Assembly (NCBI GenBank): GCA_963826225.1
Contig: CAWGWF010000001.1
Span: 988,391-1,052,390 of the forward strand
Source of the DNA: an uncultured Chloroflexia bacterium
GTDB lineage: Bacteria; Chloroflexota; Limnocylindria; Limnocylindrales; CSP1-4
DNA length: 64,000 bases
Direction: 5' to 3'
Of the stretch, positions 1 through 10,066 are shown piece after piece. Made by a program: the position numbers and the translations under genes. A model generated the notes under the pieces. The model ran no database searches. It was not told the origin of the DNA and saw only the letters and a program-made list of their open reading frames with translations. Positions within the stretch are counted from its first letter, which is position 1; the number at the start of each line of letters is the position of its first letter.

Positions 1-1
1 C

Positions 2-814
2 CGATCCTTGCTGACCGAGGAGAGCACGCGCCTCGGCCCCATCCGCCTGCCACCGATCCCGTACCTCGCGCCGATGGTGGCGATGTGGGCGATCGCGCTG
101 GGGGTCGTGGTCGTCCAGCGTGATCTGGGCGCCGCGCTCCTGCTGTTCGCGGTGTTCCTTGGCCTCCTGTACGTGGCGACCGACCGCCCGTCGTACGTCG
201 TCGGCGGGGTGCTGCTGTTCCTCGCCGGCTCGTGGGTGCTGTACAACCTGTTCGGCCACGTCCAACTGCGGGTGGACAACTGGCTCGACCCGTGGGCCGA
301 TCCCCTGGGCGCCGGGTTCCAGGCGGTCCAGGGGCTGTACGCGTTCGGCCGGGGCGGGCTGCTGGGCGTGGGACTGGGCGCCGGCCTGCCAACGATCGCG
401 GGACGGCTGCCGGTCCCGGCGGTGCACACCGACTATCCACTGGCGGCGCTCGGCGAGGAGATCGGGCTGATCGGTCTGCTCGCGGTCCTGGGCCTGTACC
501 TCGTCATCGTGCTGCGGGGGCTTCGGATCGCCGCCGCCGCCCACGACGACTTCCGCGCGCTCCTGGCGGCCGGGCTGTCGCTGGTGGTGGGCGTCCAGGC
601 GTTCATCATCGCGGCCGGCAACCTCAAGCTCATCCCCCTGACCGGGATCACCCTGCCGCTCGTCTCGTACGGCGGCTCGTCGCTGCTGGCCAACGCTCTC
701 GTCGTCGGCCTGCTGCTGGCACTCTCGGACCGGGGTGCCGAGCCACCCGAGCCGCCCCGGCCCGCCGGCGTCGGGCAGGGCCGGCTCGGTCGATTGCGCC
801 GGAGCCGGGCGTGA
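2..814 (+). CDS. SEDS-family peptidoglycan glycosyltransferase (FtsW/RodA), C-terminal part; the gene starts upstream of the window
   Basis: The 268-aa translation is polytopic membrane protein with SEDS C-terminal blocks (GITLPLVSYGGSS...). The stop overlaps the start of the downstream PBP gene (GTGA). Confidence 0.85.
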   Translation, partial: RSLLTEESTRLGPIRLPPIPYLAPMVAMWAIALGVVVVQRDLGAALLLFAVFLGLLYVATDRPSYVVGGVLLFLAGSWVLYNLFGHVQLRVDNWLDPWADPLGAGFQAVQGLYAFGRGGLLGVGLGAGLPTIAGRLPVPAVHTDYPLAALGEEIGLIGLLAVLGLYLVIVLRGLRIAAAAHDDFRALLAAGLSLVVGVQAFIIAAGNLKLIPLTGITLPLVSYGGSSLLANALVVGLLLALSDRGAEPPEPPRPAGVGQGRLGRLRRSRA

Positions 815-2316
815 GCGGGCAGGTTCGCCGCGTGCGACCGATCGGGCCGAGCGTGGTCAGGACCGGCGTCGCTGTGGCGTGCGCGTTCGCGGTCCTTGCG
901 GTGGGCGCGGGCTGGTGGCAGGTGGTCGAGGCACAGCGCCTCTCGACCGCCGGCGACAATCCGATCGTGATCGCCGCCGCCCGACGGACTCTCCGGGGCC
1001 CGATCGTCGACCGCGACGGGCGGTGGCTGGCGCGCAGCTCCCGGGATGAGAACGGCGAGGCGCTCCGCGAGTACCGGGATCGATCGATCAGCCACGTCGT
1101 GGGCTACGCGTCGCGGCAGTTCGGCGAGGCGGGTCTCGAGCGCGCGTACAACGCCGAGCTGCTGGGCCTCTCCGGCAGCGCCCCGCTGGGCGGCCTGCTG
1201 GACAAGTTCGACCCCACGCCGCGCGACCCGCTCGGCCTGCGGCTGACGATCGACCTGCGGCTGCAGCGGGCGGCCGCGGAGGGGTTGGGCCGGAACCGCG
1301 GCGCCGTGGTCCTGCTCGATCCGTCGACCGGGGAGGTGCTGGCGCTCGCTTCAACCCCGACCTATGACGCATCCGCCATCGCGGACCCGGAGACGGCTGC
1401 CGGCGCCTTCGCGGCCCTGCGCGAGGACAAGGCGCAGGCACTCCTTCCCCGCGCGACGCTCGGGCGCTATGTGCCGGGGTCGGTGTTCAAGATCGTGACC
1501 GCGGCCGCGGCGCTTGACAGCGGCACCCTGTCGCCGGCGACCACGTTCCCGGAGCAGCCCCCGGCCGAGGAGGACGGCCTGCTCGTGGAGGGGTACCGGA
1601 TCCGGGACGGCCACCACCCGCAGACCGGCGACACCGCGCTGGACCTGGTCGGGGCGACGGAGGCCTCGTGCAACATCTGGTACTCGCTGGCCGGCCTCGA
1701 GACCGGCGGCGACCGGCTCGTGGACTTCGCCTCGCAACTGGGCTTCGGGGCGGCGATCCCGTTCGACCTGCCGGTGGCCGTCAGCCGGGTCACGGACGGG
1801 GACGGCGGCGCACCCGGCGGGTTCACGGACGACGTGGAGCTGGCCTCGGCCTCGTTCGGGCAGGGCGAGACGTTCGTCACGCCGCTCCAGATGGCCCTGG
1901 TCGCGGCGACGATCGCCAACGACGGAACCTCGATGCGGCCGCACCTCGTCGCCGAGCTGACGGGCGCCGGTCCAGGTGCACGGACGATCGACGCGGACGC
2001 CTGGAGGCGCGTGCTGTCGGCAGAGGACGCGCGCTCGGTCCAGGCGGCGATGCGGCAGGCGATCGAGGGCCGGATCGGGCGCCAGTTCACGCAGGGGGCG
2101 AAGGTCCCGGGCGTGCCGACCGCCGGCAAGTCGGGCACGGCCGAGCTGGGCGGCACGGGCGAGCCGCATTCCTGGTTCATCGGCTTCGCCCCGGTGGATG
2201 ACCCGCGAATCGCGATCGCCGTGCTCGTGGAACGGGGCGGCCGAGGCGGCGATCGGGCCGCCCCGCTGGCCGGCGAGATGATGCGCCGCTACTTCGAGCT
2301 GTACGGGCGTCCCTGA
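811..2316 (+). CDS. Class B penicillin-binding protein (PBP2-like D,D-transpeptidase)
   Basis: N-terminal TM segment. Transpeptidase motifs SVFK (SxxK), SCN (SxN) and KSGT (KTG-type) are present. The GTG start at 811 overlaps the SEDS stop. The in-frame ORF 232-2316 upstream of 811 is shadow sequence over the SEDS gene. Confidence 0.85.
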   Translation: MSGQVRRVRPIGPSVVRTGVAVACAFAVLAVGAGWWQVVEAQRLSTAGDNPIVIAAARRTLRGPIVDRDGRWLARSSRDENGEALREYRDRSISHVVGYASRQFGEAGLERAYNAELLGLSGSAPLGGLLDKFDPTPRDPLGLRLTIDLRLQRAAAEGLGRNRGAVVLLDPSTGEVLALASTPTYDASAIADPETAAGAFAALREDKAQALLPRATLGRYVPGSVFKIVTAAAALDSGTLSPATTFPEQPPAEEDGLLVEGYRIRDGHHPQTGDTALDLVGATEASCNIWYSLAGLETGGDRLVDFASQLGFGAAIPFDLPVAVSRVTDGDGGAPGGFTDDVELASASFGQGETFVTPLQMALVAATIANDGTSMRPHLVAELTGAGPGARTIDADAWRRVLSAEDARSVQAAMRQAIEGRIGRQFTQGAKVPGVPTAGKSGTAELGGTGEPHSWFIGFAPVDDPRIAIAVLVERGGRGGDRAAPLAGEMMRRYFELYGRP

Positions 2317-2350
2317 ACGCCACGCGGGTCCGACGCGGTACGCTGCCCGG

Positions 2351-2641
2351 GTGAGTGAGCCGCAGCGTCCCGATCCCGCCGCCGAGGACGGCCCGAAGCA
2401 GGCGGGCGCACCCGATCGCACCCCCGGCACCCCCAGCGCCGATGGGCCTGCGCCGGATCGACGCCCGCGGCCCGTCGTCGAGCGCGTGGGCATGGCCGCG
2501 ATCGCTCTCGTCATGGCCGTCCTGTTCGCGCTCGTTGGTGCGGCGGCCTTCATCGGCGGCGAGCCGTTCCTGGGCGTGATGGGCGTGTGCGGCTGCCTGA
2601 TGGTGCTGTGGGTGGGCGGCATCTCCGCGCTCCGCGGCTGA
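2351..2641 (+). CDS. Hypothetical small membrane protein
   Basis: 96-aa ORF with a GTG start and a strongly GC3-biased codon pattern. It has a polar N-terminus and two C-terminal hydrophobic helices. I did not recognise a domain. Confidence 0.4.
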   Translation: MSEPQRPDPAAEDGPKQAGAPDRTPGTPSADGPAPDRRPRPVVERVGMAAIALVMAVLFALVGAAAFIGGEPFLGVMGVCGCLMVLWVGGISALRG

Positions 2642-2851
2642 CCGCACCCGCGGTGCCCGGGAGCCTGAGCACCCGGCGGCAAGCCCTCGCGAGACCGATT
2701 CGGATGCCGGTCGTACACTTGGCCGACCGGTAGGCGTCGCCGCGTCCCGCGGTCCCGTTGCAGCGCCGTCACCGGGGGAACCGCGCCGGGCGTCCGGGAC
2801 GTCGGGGCGGAAGCAGCCGCTGCAGGTGCAGCCGCACACGACGGGAGTCCG

Positions 2852-3838
2852 ATGAGCAACATCCAGCAGGCCGGCGACCGGGTCCTCGCCAACGTCGAAC
2901 GAGTTATCGTCGGGAAGCACCACGAGGTCCGCCTCGCCCTGGTCGCCCTGCTGTGCCGGGGCCATCTGCTGATCGAGGACGTGCCGGGCACCGGCAAGAC
3001 CGTGCTGGCCAAGGCGATTGCCAGGAGCCTCGGCTGCTCCTTCCGGCGCATCCAGTTCACGCCGGACCTGCTGCCGTCGGACGTGACCGGGCTCTCGATC
3101 TACAACCAGAAGACGCAGGAGTTCGAGTTCCGACCGGGGCCGATCATGAGCCAGGTGGTGCTCGCCGACGAGATCAACCGCGCCACCCCCAAGACCCAGA
3201 GCTCGCTGCTGGAGTGCATGGAGGAGCGGCAGGCGACGATCGACGGCGTGACCCACCCGATGCCGGACCCGTTCCTCGTCATCGCCACCCAGAATCCGAT
3301 CGAGTACGAGGGCACGTTCGCGCTGCCGGAGGCACAGCTGGACCGCTTCATGCTCCGCATCCGGCTGGGCTACCCGGCCCTCCTGGACGAGATCGTGATC
3401 CTTGACGAGCAGAAGCGGACGCACCCGCTGGAGGATCTGTCCGAGGTCTGCTCGGTGGAGGAGCTGCGGAGCCTCCAGGGCTCGGTCCGGGAGATCTACG
3501 TCGACCCGGCGGTCAGCGACTACATCGTCCGCCTGGTGTCCTCGACACGATCCCATCCCGACGTCTACCTGGGCGCCAGCCCGCGCGGCTCGATCAGCCT
3601 GTACCGCTCGTCGCAGGCGCTGGCCGCCCTGCTGGGGCGCGACTACGTCATCCCCGACGACATCAAGGCGCTGGCCGAGCCGGCGCTGGCACACCGCGTG
3701 ATCATCAAGACCTCGTCGTCCATCCACGACGTCAGCGCCGCGCACGTGATCCGTGAGCTCCTCGACTCCACCCCGATCGAGGCGGCCCGCCAGACCGGTG
3801 GGCCGCGGGAGGTCCAGCCGGGAACCCCGGCCGCCTGA
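2852..3838 (+). CDS. moxR: MoxR-family AAA+ ATPase
   Basis: Walker A GTGKT, Walker B LADEINRA and the MoxR-type architecture. It is the first gene of a MoxR-DUF58-transglutaminase triad. Confidence 0.9.
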   Translation: MSNIQQAGDRVLANVERVIVGKHHEVRLALVALLCRGHLLIEDVPGTGKTVLAKAIARSLGCSFRRIQFTPDLLPSDVTGLSIYNQKTQEFEFRPGPIMSQVVLADEINRATPKTQSSLLECMEERQATIDGVTHPMPDPFLVIATQNPIEYEGTFALPEAQLDRFMLRIRLGYPALLDEIVILDEQKRTHPLEDLSEVCSVEELRSLQGSVREIYVDPAVSDYIVRLVSSTRSHPDVYLGASPRGSISLYRSSQALAALLGRDYVIPDDIKALAEPALAHRVIIKTSSSIHDVSAAHVIRELLDSTPIEAARQTGGPREVQPGTPAA

Positions 3839-3891
3839 CAGCCGGGGCGACCGCCCCAGTCCAAGACCGCGACCCAGGGAGGACCGACCGC

Positions 3892-5109
3892 TTGTTCCGT
3901 CGGCTCCAGCTTCTCGTCCTGGTGGTGATCCTCGTCGTCGCCGCCTTCTCGACGGGTGAGCCGTTCCTGTTCTTCCTGCTGTACGCGGGGCTGCTCGTGG
4001 GCGGCGGCAGCTACGCCCTCACCCGCCTGGGCCTGACCGACCTCGAGGCCGGGTATGCCGTCGGCCAGCTCAGCGGGCACGTGGGCGATCGCATTCGGGT
4101 CACCTACACGCTCCGCAACACCGGCCGCCTGCCGAAGCCGTGGCTGGAGGTTCACAACCCGACGACCCTGCCCGGGGGCCTGCCGGGGCGGGCGATCTCG
4201 CTCTCGGGCCGAAGCGAGCGATCCTGGCTCGTCCGAACGCCGCTCGCCCGTCGCGGGCATTTCCGGGTGGAGCCCCTCCAGATCCGAGCCGGCGACCCGT
4301 TCGGCTTCTTCGAGGCCTCGGCCAGCGTGGGCCAGGGTCTGACGCTGGTCGTCTACCCGCGCATCGAGGCCCTGCCCCTGTGGCGCCTGCCACCGGCCAA
4401 CGTCGAGGGCGCGCATGCATCGCCGGAGCGGACGCTCCAGACGACACCCCTCGCCACCACCGTTCGGCCGTACGCCCCCGGCGACTCGATGAACCGGATC
4501 CACTGGCGCTCGACGGCGCGCCTGGGCGAGATCCAGGTGAAGGAGTTCGAGCTCGAGCGGACCGCCGACGCCTGGCTGTTCCTGGACCTCGACGCGTCCG
4601 CCGAGGCCGGCGATGGCGACCGGTCCACGACGGAGGTCGCGGTGCGGGTGGCCGCGTCCATCGCCGACAAGGCGATCGCCGAGAACCGGGCGGTGGGGCT
4701 CACGGTCAACGCCCATCGGCGGACCATCCTGCCCGCGGATCGCGGCGCCCGCCAGCGGCTCAAGATCCTGCAGCTGCTGGCCGCGGTGGAGGCCGACGGG
4801 AGGTCGCCGCTCTCGGAGACGCTGGTCACGGGGCTCAGCCGGCTTCGGCGAGGGATGACGGCGATCCTGATCACGTCGTCGACCGACCCGTCGTTCATCC
4901 GACCGGTCGCCGCGCTTCGCTCGCGGGGCATCGGGACCGTCGTGGTGCTGCTCGAGGCCGCGGCGTTCGAACCGGCGCCGGTGGACACGCCGGAGGCGGA
5001 GGCCCAGCTGCAGCGGGCTCGCGCGCTCCGACACGCCCTGGCGGAGTACGAGCTGCCGGTCTTCACGGTCGGCCCTGACCAGGTGCTGGCGGAGGCCCTC
5101 TCGCGATGA
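3892..5109 (+). CDS. DUF58 (VWA-like) domain protein
   Basis: N-terminal TM segment plus the typical DUF58 core (RPYAPGDSMNRIHWRSTARLGEIQVKEFE). It lies directly downstream of moxR, and its stop overlaps the start of the next gene. Confidence 0.8.
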   Translation: MFRRLQLLVLVVILVVAAFSTGEPFLFFLLYAGLLVGGGSYALTRLGLTDLEAGYAVGQLSGHVGDRIRVTYTLRNTGRLPKPWLEVHNPTTLPGGLPGRAISLSGRSERSWLVRTPLARRGHFRVEPLQIRAGDPFGFFEASASVGQGLTLVVYPRIEALPLWRLPPANVEGAHASPERTLQTTPLATTVRPYAPGDSMNRIHWRSTARLGEIQVKEFELERTADAWLFLDLDASAEAGDGDRSTTEVAVRVAASIADKAIAENRAVGLTVNAHRRTILPADRGARQRLKILQLLAAVEADGRSPLSETLVTGLSRLRRGMTAILITSSTDPSFIRPVAALRSRGIGTVVVLLEAAAFEPAPVDTPEAEAQLQRARALRHALAEYELPVFTVGPDQVLAEALSR

Positions 5110-7394
5110 AGCCGTTCCGACTCCACCGTCCCGAGGAGGGCTGGCTGCCGCCGGCCATGATCCTGGTCATGGTGCTGGTCCTGGCCTGGGCGGTGGACGA
5201 GCCGGGCTGGGTGAACGGCCGTGCGTCGCTGACGGACGGGCTGCCCCTGATCGCCCTGCTCGGGCTCGCGGTCGGGATCCTGGGACCCAAGCTGGGCTGG
5301 AGCCGCTGGACCACGCACCTGGTCGGCGCCGTGTTCGCGGGCATCCTGATCCCGGTGCTCGCCGGTTGGGCCTATCTTCCGGGCAGCTCGATGTCCGAGG
5401 CGTTCACGGCGACGGCCTCCGGGACCGTCAACGCCTACCTGGACATCGCGTGGCGGGGTCGCCGGTTCACCAGCGAGGAGATCCACTACATCCTCGTCCT
5501 GGGGATTCTCCTGTGGGCGACCGCGCAGTTCGCCGCCTACGCCGTGTTCGGCCACCGCCGCCCGTTCAACGCGGTCATCGCGGTCGGGCTGGCGCTGGTC
5601 GCCAACATGGCCCTCACCAGCCGCAACCAGCTGCCGCTCCTGGTGGTGTTCACCGGCGCCTCCCTGTTCCTGCTCATCGGCATGCACGCGTTCGACGAGC
5701 GCACCACCTGGATCCGCCGGCGGATCGGCGATCCGTCCGGCCTGGCCGGCCAATACCTCCGCGGCGGCACCGTGTTCATCGTCGCCGCCCTGGCCGGCTC
5801 GCTCGCGCTCACCACGCGGGCCGCGTCGGACCCGCTCGCGGACGCATGGAAGGGGCTCGACGACCAGCTGATCGAGATCGGCGAGACCGTCGGGCGGCTG
5901 TTCCCGGTGGGCGGCGACCTGCGGGCAGGAGCCGGCGTCAGCTTCGGCACGAGCGCGCAGATCTCCCCGCAGTGGTTCAGCAACCAGGAGGTCGCCTTCG
6001 TCGCGGTGCTGCCCGCCGCGGAGGAGGAGGCCATGAAATGGCGGGTCAGGGCGTACGACCGGTTCGAGCTCGGGGGCTGGGAGCAGACCGACATGCGCGG
6101 CACGGACGTGGAGGCCGAGTTCCCGCTGCTCGCCGGGACGCCCGAGGACCCGTCGACCGACCTGACCCGGGAGGTCACCGTCGACGTTCAGCCGGATGAC
6201 TACGGGCAGCACCTCCTGCTCAGCCCGGGCACCCCCGTGTTCGTCACCCGGGACGCAAGCGTCCGGCTGGGCGGGAATGAGCGCTGGTTCGGCAGCGTGG
6301 AGCTGGACGAGCCGAGGCCCGGCTACCGGGTGACCGCGCGGATCCTCCGGCTCGGCGACGAGGACGTGATCAGCCAGAACCGCCTCGAGGCCGCGTCCGA
6401 GGCCTACCCGCCGGAGATCACCGCCCGGTTCACGGACGTGCCGCCGGGCGCGATCGGCCCGGATGCGACGGCGCTGCTGGCGGAGATGCGGGCGACCGCG
6501 GAATCCGAGGATCCCTACCACCTGGCCAGGGCGTTCGAGACCTTCCTCCAGGACGACCCGCGCTTCCGGTACACGACGGATCTCCGGGATGTCGACTGCC
6601 GGGACCCGAGCGCGGTCGAGTGCTTCGCCCGCACCAACGAGGGCTACTGCCTCCACTACGCGTCCACGATGGCGATCCTGCTGCGGGCGGCGAACCCGGC
6701 CAACCCGATCCCGACCAGGCTCGTCCAGGGATTCCTGCCCGGCAAGCGCGTCGCCGGGCAGGAGACGGTGCGCAACGACGGGGCCCACGCCTGGGTGGAG
6801 GTCTACTTCCCGGGCTACGGCTGGATCCCGTTCGACCCCACCGGCGGCGGGGTGGGGCAGCCATCGGTCATCCAGGAGGGCCCCGAGGTGGCGCCTGCCT
6901 CGCCGACGCCCGCGTCCGCCCCGGGCACGGAGCTGCCCGACCCGACGCGCCGGATCCCGCGGGAGGATGTCGACGGCGGCGCGCTGGGACCCCGGCCCGG
7001 CGGCAGCCCCGGCGACCGGACGCTGCTCATCCTCGCCACCGTTGTCCTCGCGCTGCTGGTCGTCGGGATCGCCCTGGCCGCCCGGCTTCGCGGTCCGCGC
7101 GGCGAGCTGAGCCCCGACGGCGCCTGGCGGACGCTGTCGCGCGGCGCCGGGCGCCTGGGATTCGCGCCGCGACCCACGCAGACGGTGTACGAGTACGCGG
7201 CCACGCTGGGCGAGCTGGTGCCGGTGGCCCGCGACGACCTGCGGGTCGTGGCGGACGCGAAGGTCGAGACCGCCTACGCGCGCGCGGACCTCGCCGGCGA
7301 TCGCCTGCGTGCCGTGGGCGAGGCCACCCGACGCCTCCGGCTGTCGCTGCTGCGGCTGCTGTTCAGGCGCGGCCCGGGGCGCCGGCGCCGATAG
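5106..7394 (+). CDS. Transglutaminase-like membrane protein (TgpA-like)
   Basis: Multiple N-terminal TM helices and a transglutaminase core with the Cys-His-Asp arrangement (GYCLHYAS ... GAHAWVEVYFPGYGWIPFDPTGG). It has a C-terminal TM segment. It overlaps the DUF58 gene stop (ATGA). Confidence 0.85.
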   Translation: MKPFRLHRPEEGWLPPAMILVMVLVLAWAVDEPGWVNGRASLTDGLPLIALLGLAVGILGPKLGWSRWTTHLVGAVFAGILIPVLAGWAYLPGSSMSEAFTATASGTVNAYLDIAWRGRRFTSEEIHYILVLGILLWATAQFAAYAVFGHRRPFNAVIAVGLALVANMALTSRNQLPLLVVFTGASLFLLIGMHAFDERTTWIRRRIGDPSGLAGQYLRGGTVFIVAALAGSLALTTRAASDPLADAWKGLDDQLIEIGETVGRLFPVGGDLRAGAGVSFGTSAQISPQWFSNQEVAFVAVLPAAEEEAMKWRVRAYDRFELGGWEQTDMRGTDVEAEFPLLAGTPEDPSTDLTREVTVDVQPDDYGQHLLLSPGTPVFVTRDASVRLGGNERWFGSVELDEPRPGYRVTARILRLGDEDVISQNRLEAASEAYPPEITARFTDVPPGAIGPDATALLAEMRATAESEDPYHLARAFETFLQDDPRFRYTTDLRDVDCRDPSAVECFARTNEGYCLHYASTMAILLRAANPANPIPTRLVQGFLPGKRVAGQETVRNDGAHAWVEVYFPGYGWIPFDPTGGGVGQPSVIQEGPEVAPASPTPASAPGTELPDPTRRIPREDVDGGALGPRPGGSPGDRTLLILATVVLALLVVGIALAARLRGPRGELSPDGAWRTLSRGAGRLGFAPRPTQTVYEYAATLGELVPVARDDLRVVADAKVETAYARADLAGDRLRAVGEATRRLRLSLLRLLFRRGPGRRRR

Positions 7395-7413
7395 CCGCCG
7401 CCGGTGGCGGCCG

Positions 7414-8247
7414 TCACATCGCCCCCGACCGCGCGCGCCGCTCCGCCTCCTCCTGCGCCTGCTCGTCGAGCAGCGCGGCCAGGTGCTCGGTGAGGTTGTG
7501 GGCGCGCAGGACTGCCCGGCCGCCGCGGAACTCGACCACCGTGATCCCGCACAACGCGAACGTGAACATCCAGAACCGATCCAGCGGCAGATCGAACAGG
7601 GTGAGCAGGACGATCTTGAACACGCCGTCGTGGCCGACGAGGATCGACCACGGCTGGCCCGCGGCCGGCCCGACGCCCACGTACCCGCCCACCTGGGGTC
7701 GGTCGAGGCTGCCCCGGGGGAAGTCCCGGCCGAGGCGCTCCAGGATCGCGGCCAGGGCCGGCCGGACCCGCGCCCGCACGTCGGCGATTGACTCCCCGCC
7801 GGGCGCCCACGCCTGGTGGGGATGCCGCCGCCAGGCCGCGAGCTCGGCGGGCCAGCGGCGCATGATCTCGTCGTGGGTCTCGCCCTCCCACGCGCCCTGG
7901 CCGATCTCCATGATCCCGGCCTCGGGGCGCACGGCGGATCCATGGTCCATGGCGGCCGCGACGGCCTCCGCCGTCTCCCGCGTCCGGGCGAGGGGGGAGT
8001 GCACGATCTCGAGCGGGAGCCCGATGGGCAGCGGGAGCGCCGGTGGCGCGTGGGGTTCGGCCAGCCGGGCGGCGGCCAGCGCGGCCTGCCGGCGTCCGAC
8101 CGCGGACAGGGGCGTCTCCGCCTGGCCCTGGAAGCGGTTCTCGCGGATCCACTCGGACTCGCCGTGACGCAGCAGGACCAGCGTCGCGTCCAGGCCCTCG
8201 GGGATCAGCGGTGCGACGGTCGGAGCTGCGGCCGCATCGCCCGTCAT
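7414..8247 (-). CDS. Histidine phosphatase family protein (phosphoglycerate-mutase-like)
   Basis: RHGESEWIRENRFQG catalytic motif near the N-terminus. The ATG at 8247 overlaps the serA stop (ATGA). It lies convergent to the transglutaminase gene. Confidence 0.8.
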   Translation of the reverse strand: MTGDAAAAPTVAPLIPEGLDATLVLLRHGESEWIRENRFQGQAETPLSAVGRRQAALAAARLAEPHAPPALPLPIGLPLEIVHSPLARTRETAEAVAAAMDHGSAVRPEAGIMEIGQGAWEGETHDEIMRRWPAELAAWRRHPHQAWAPGGESIADVRARVRPALAAILERLGRDFPRGSLDRPQVGGYVGVGPAAGQPWSILVGHDGVFKIVLLTLFDLPLDRFWMFTFALCGITVVEFRGGRAVLRAHNLTEHLAALLDEQAQEEAERRARSGAM

Positions 8248-9830
8248 CGGTCGCGTCCCAGGCGGATCGTCCAGACGTCGATGACCGCCGCCTCCCGGCG
8301 GATCGCATCCGCAACGGACTCCGGCACATCGTCGTCCAGGGCCAGGACCATGAACGCGTCGGCCCGCGGCGCCGAGCGGGCGAGGGTCATCGCGCTGATG
8401 TTGACGTCCGCCTCGCCCAGGATCTGGCCGATCCGACCCATCGTCCCGGGCTGATCGTGGTGGAGCGTGATGAGCATGCTGTCCGCCGGTGCGAGGTCCA
8501 TCGCGTACTCGTCGAGCCGCACGATCCGGGGCTCGCCGTTGGCGACGGTGCCGGCGACGACCGCCGTTCGCCCGCCGGCCTCCGCCGCGAGCGTGAGCCG
8601 GGCGGCGAACGGTCCCGCGTCGGGTGTCTTGCGCTCCTCCAGCGTGATCCCGCGCGCCTTGGCCAGCGACGCTGCGTTGACCAGGTTGACACGCTCCGTG
8701 ATCGTGGTCTCCAGCAGGCCGCGCACGGCCGCCGCCACCAGCGAGGACGCGTCGTGGGCCGCGGGCTCGCCGGCGATCTCGAGCGTCAGGCGCTGGGGTG
8801 CGGTCCGCAGGAGCTGGGCGACGAATCGACCCAGCGTCTCGGCGAGCGGCAGGAAGGGCGCGATCGCCTGCGCGGTCTCGGGCGTGAGCAGGGGTGCGTT
8901 GACCGCGTGCCGGGCCGGACGCCCGTCGAGGACCGCGATGACCTCTGCCGCGACCTCCTCGGCCACCGCGACCTGCGCCTCCGCGGTGGACGCGCCGAGG
9001 TGCGGCGTGAGCAGCGTGCCGGGTGCGTCCAGCAGCGGGGAGCCGGCCGGCGGCTCCGTCTCGAACACGTCGAACGCCGCGCCGCCGATCCGGCCCTCGC
9101 GCAGGGCGGCGGCCACGGCCGTCTCGTCCAGGATCCCGCCCCGCGCCACGTTGAGCAGCAGCACGCCCGGCTTCATCCGGGCGATCGTGTCGGCATTGAC
9201 CAGGCCTCGGGTCGCACGGGTCATCGGCACGTGGACGCTGATTGCGTCGGAGCGCGCGACGAGGTCGTCGAACGAGACCAGCTCCACGCCCAGGCCGGTC
9301 GCCTGGTCGGCGGTCACGAACGGGTCCGTCCCGATGACCGTCATCTCCATCGCCCGGGCTCGCACGGCGATGGCCTGCCCGATCTTGCCAAGGCCGACGA
9401 TGCCCAGTGTCTTGCCGCGCAGCTCGGTGCCGGTGAACTGCGAGCGCTTCCACTCGCCACGGCGCATGGACGCGTCCGCGGCCGCGATCCGGCGGGCCAG
9501 CCCGTAGAGCAGCGCGAGGGTGTGCTCCGCAGCGGCGATCGTGTTGCCGGTCGGCGCGTTGACGACGGTGATCCCGGCCCGCGTCGCGGCTTCCAGGTCC
9601 ACGTTGTCCACGCCGACGCCGGCGCGGCCGATGACGGCGAGGCGAGTCCCGGCCGAGATCAACCCGGCGTCAACCCTGACCCCGCTGCGCACGATCAGGG
9701 CGTCGTACTCGGGCAGGATCGCGACCATCTCCGCCGGGGAGAGGCCCAGTCGCTCGTCCACCTCGTGGCGCGCGCGCAGCAGCTCCAGGCCCTCGACGGC
9801 AAGGGCCTCGGCAACGAGGATCCGCATCAC
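8244..9830 (-). CDS. serA: D-3-phosphoglycerate dehydrogenase with a C-terminal ACT domain
   Basis: Full-length 528-aa 2-hydroxyacid dehydrogenase with the NAD-binding motif GIVGLGKIGQ, catalytic region and ACT domain. It is typical long-form SerA. Confidence 0.9.
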   Translation of the reverse strand: MMRILVAEALAVEGLELLRARHEVDERLGLSPAEMVAILPEYDALIVRSGVRVDAGLISAGTRLAVIGRAGVGVDNVDLEAATRAGITVVNAPTGNTIAAAEHTLALLYGLARRIAAADASMRRGEWKRSQFTGTELRGKTLGIVGLGKIGQAIAVRARAMEMTVIGTDPFVTADQATGLGVELVSFDDLVARSDAISVHVPMTRATRGLVNADTIARMKPGVLLLNVARGGILDETAVAAALREGRIGGAAFDVFETEPPAGSPLLDAPGTLLTPHLGASTAEAQVAVAEEVAAEVIAVLDGRPARHAVNAPLLTPETAQAIAPFLPLAETLGRFVAQLLRTAPQRLTLEIAGEPAAHDASSLVAAAVRGLLETTITERVNLVNAASLAKARGITLEERKTPDAGPFAARLTLAAEAGGRTAVVAGTVANGEPRIVRLDEYAMDLAPADSMLITLHHDQPGTMGRIGQILGEADVNISAMTLARSAPRADAFMVLALDDDVPESVADAIRREAAVIDVWTIRLGRDR

Positions 9831-10066
9831 AGCGCCCGCTCGGCGGCCCGCATCATCGGAGACCGTCGGACGGACGCGGGCCGGGCCAGCCGGCCGGGGA
9901 TGCGGAGGTTCGGCTCGAAGCGGGTCACGCAGGATCTCCTGGCAGTCGCGGGGATGCCACGATGGTGCCCGACGGTTCCCGTACCGTCCAGCGCGGGCGG
10001 GGAATCACGGACCCGGGACCGGCGAGCCGGCCCCGGGTCCCGACGAGCGACGGACCGTCCCGCCGG

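Noticed and set aside
1351-3060. 569-aa minus-strand ORF over the PBP gene
   Set aside because: Shadow ORF with no domain signal. The plus-strand PBP motifs are intact.
4353-7943. 1196-aa minus-strand ORF spanning the DUF58 and transglutaminase genes
   Set aside because: Shadow ORF. It is low-complexity (RG-rich). The plus-strand genes have clear domains and operon junctions.
7414-9453. 679-aa minus-strand ORF fusing the phosphatase with upstream sequence
   Set aside because: The part upstream of 8247 is the out-of-frame shadow of serA. I resolved it into two genes joined by ATGA.
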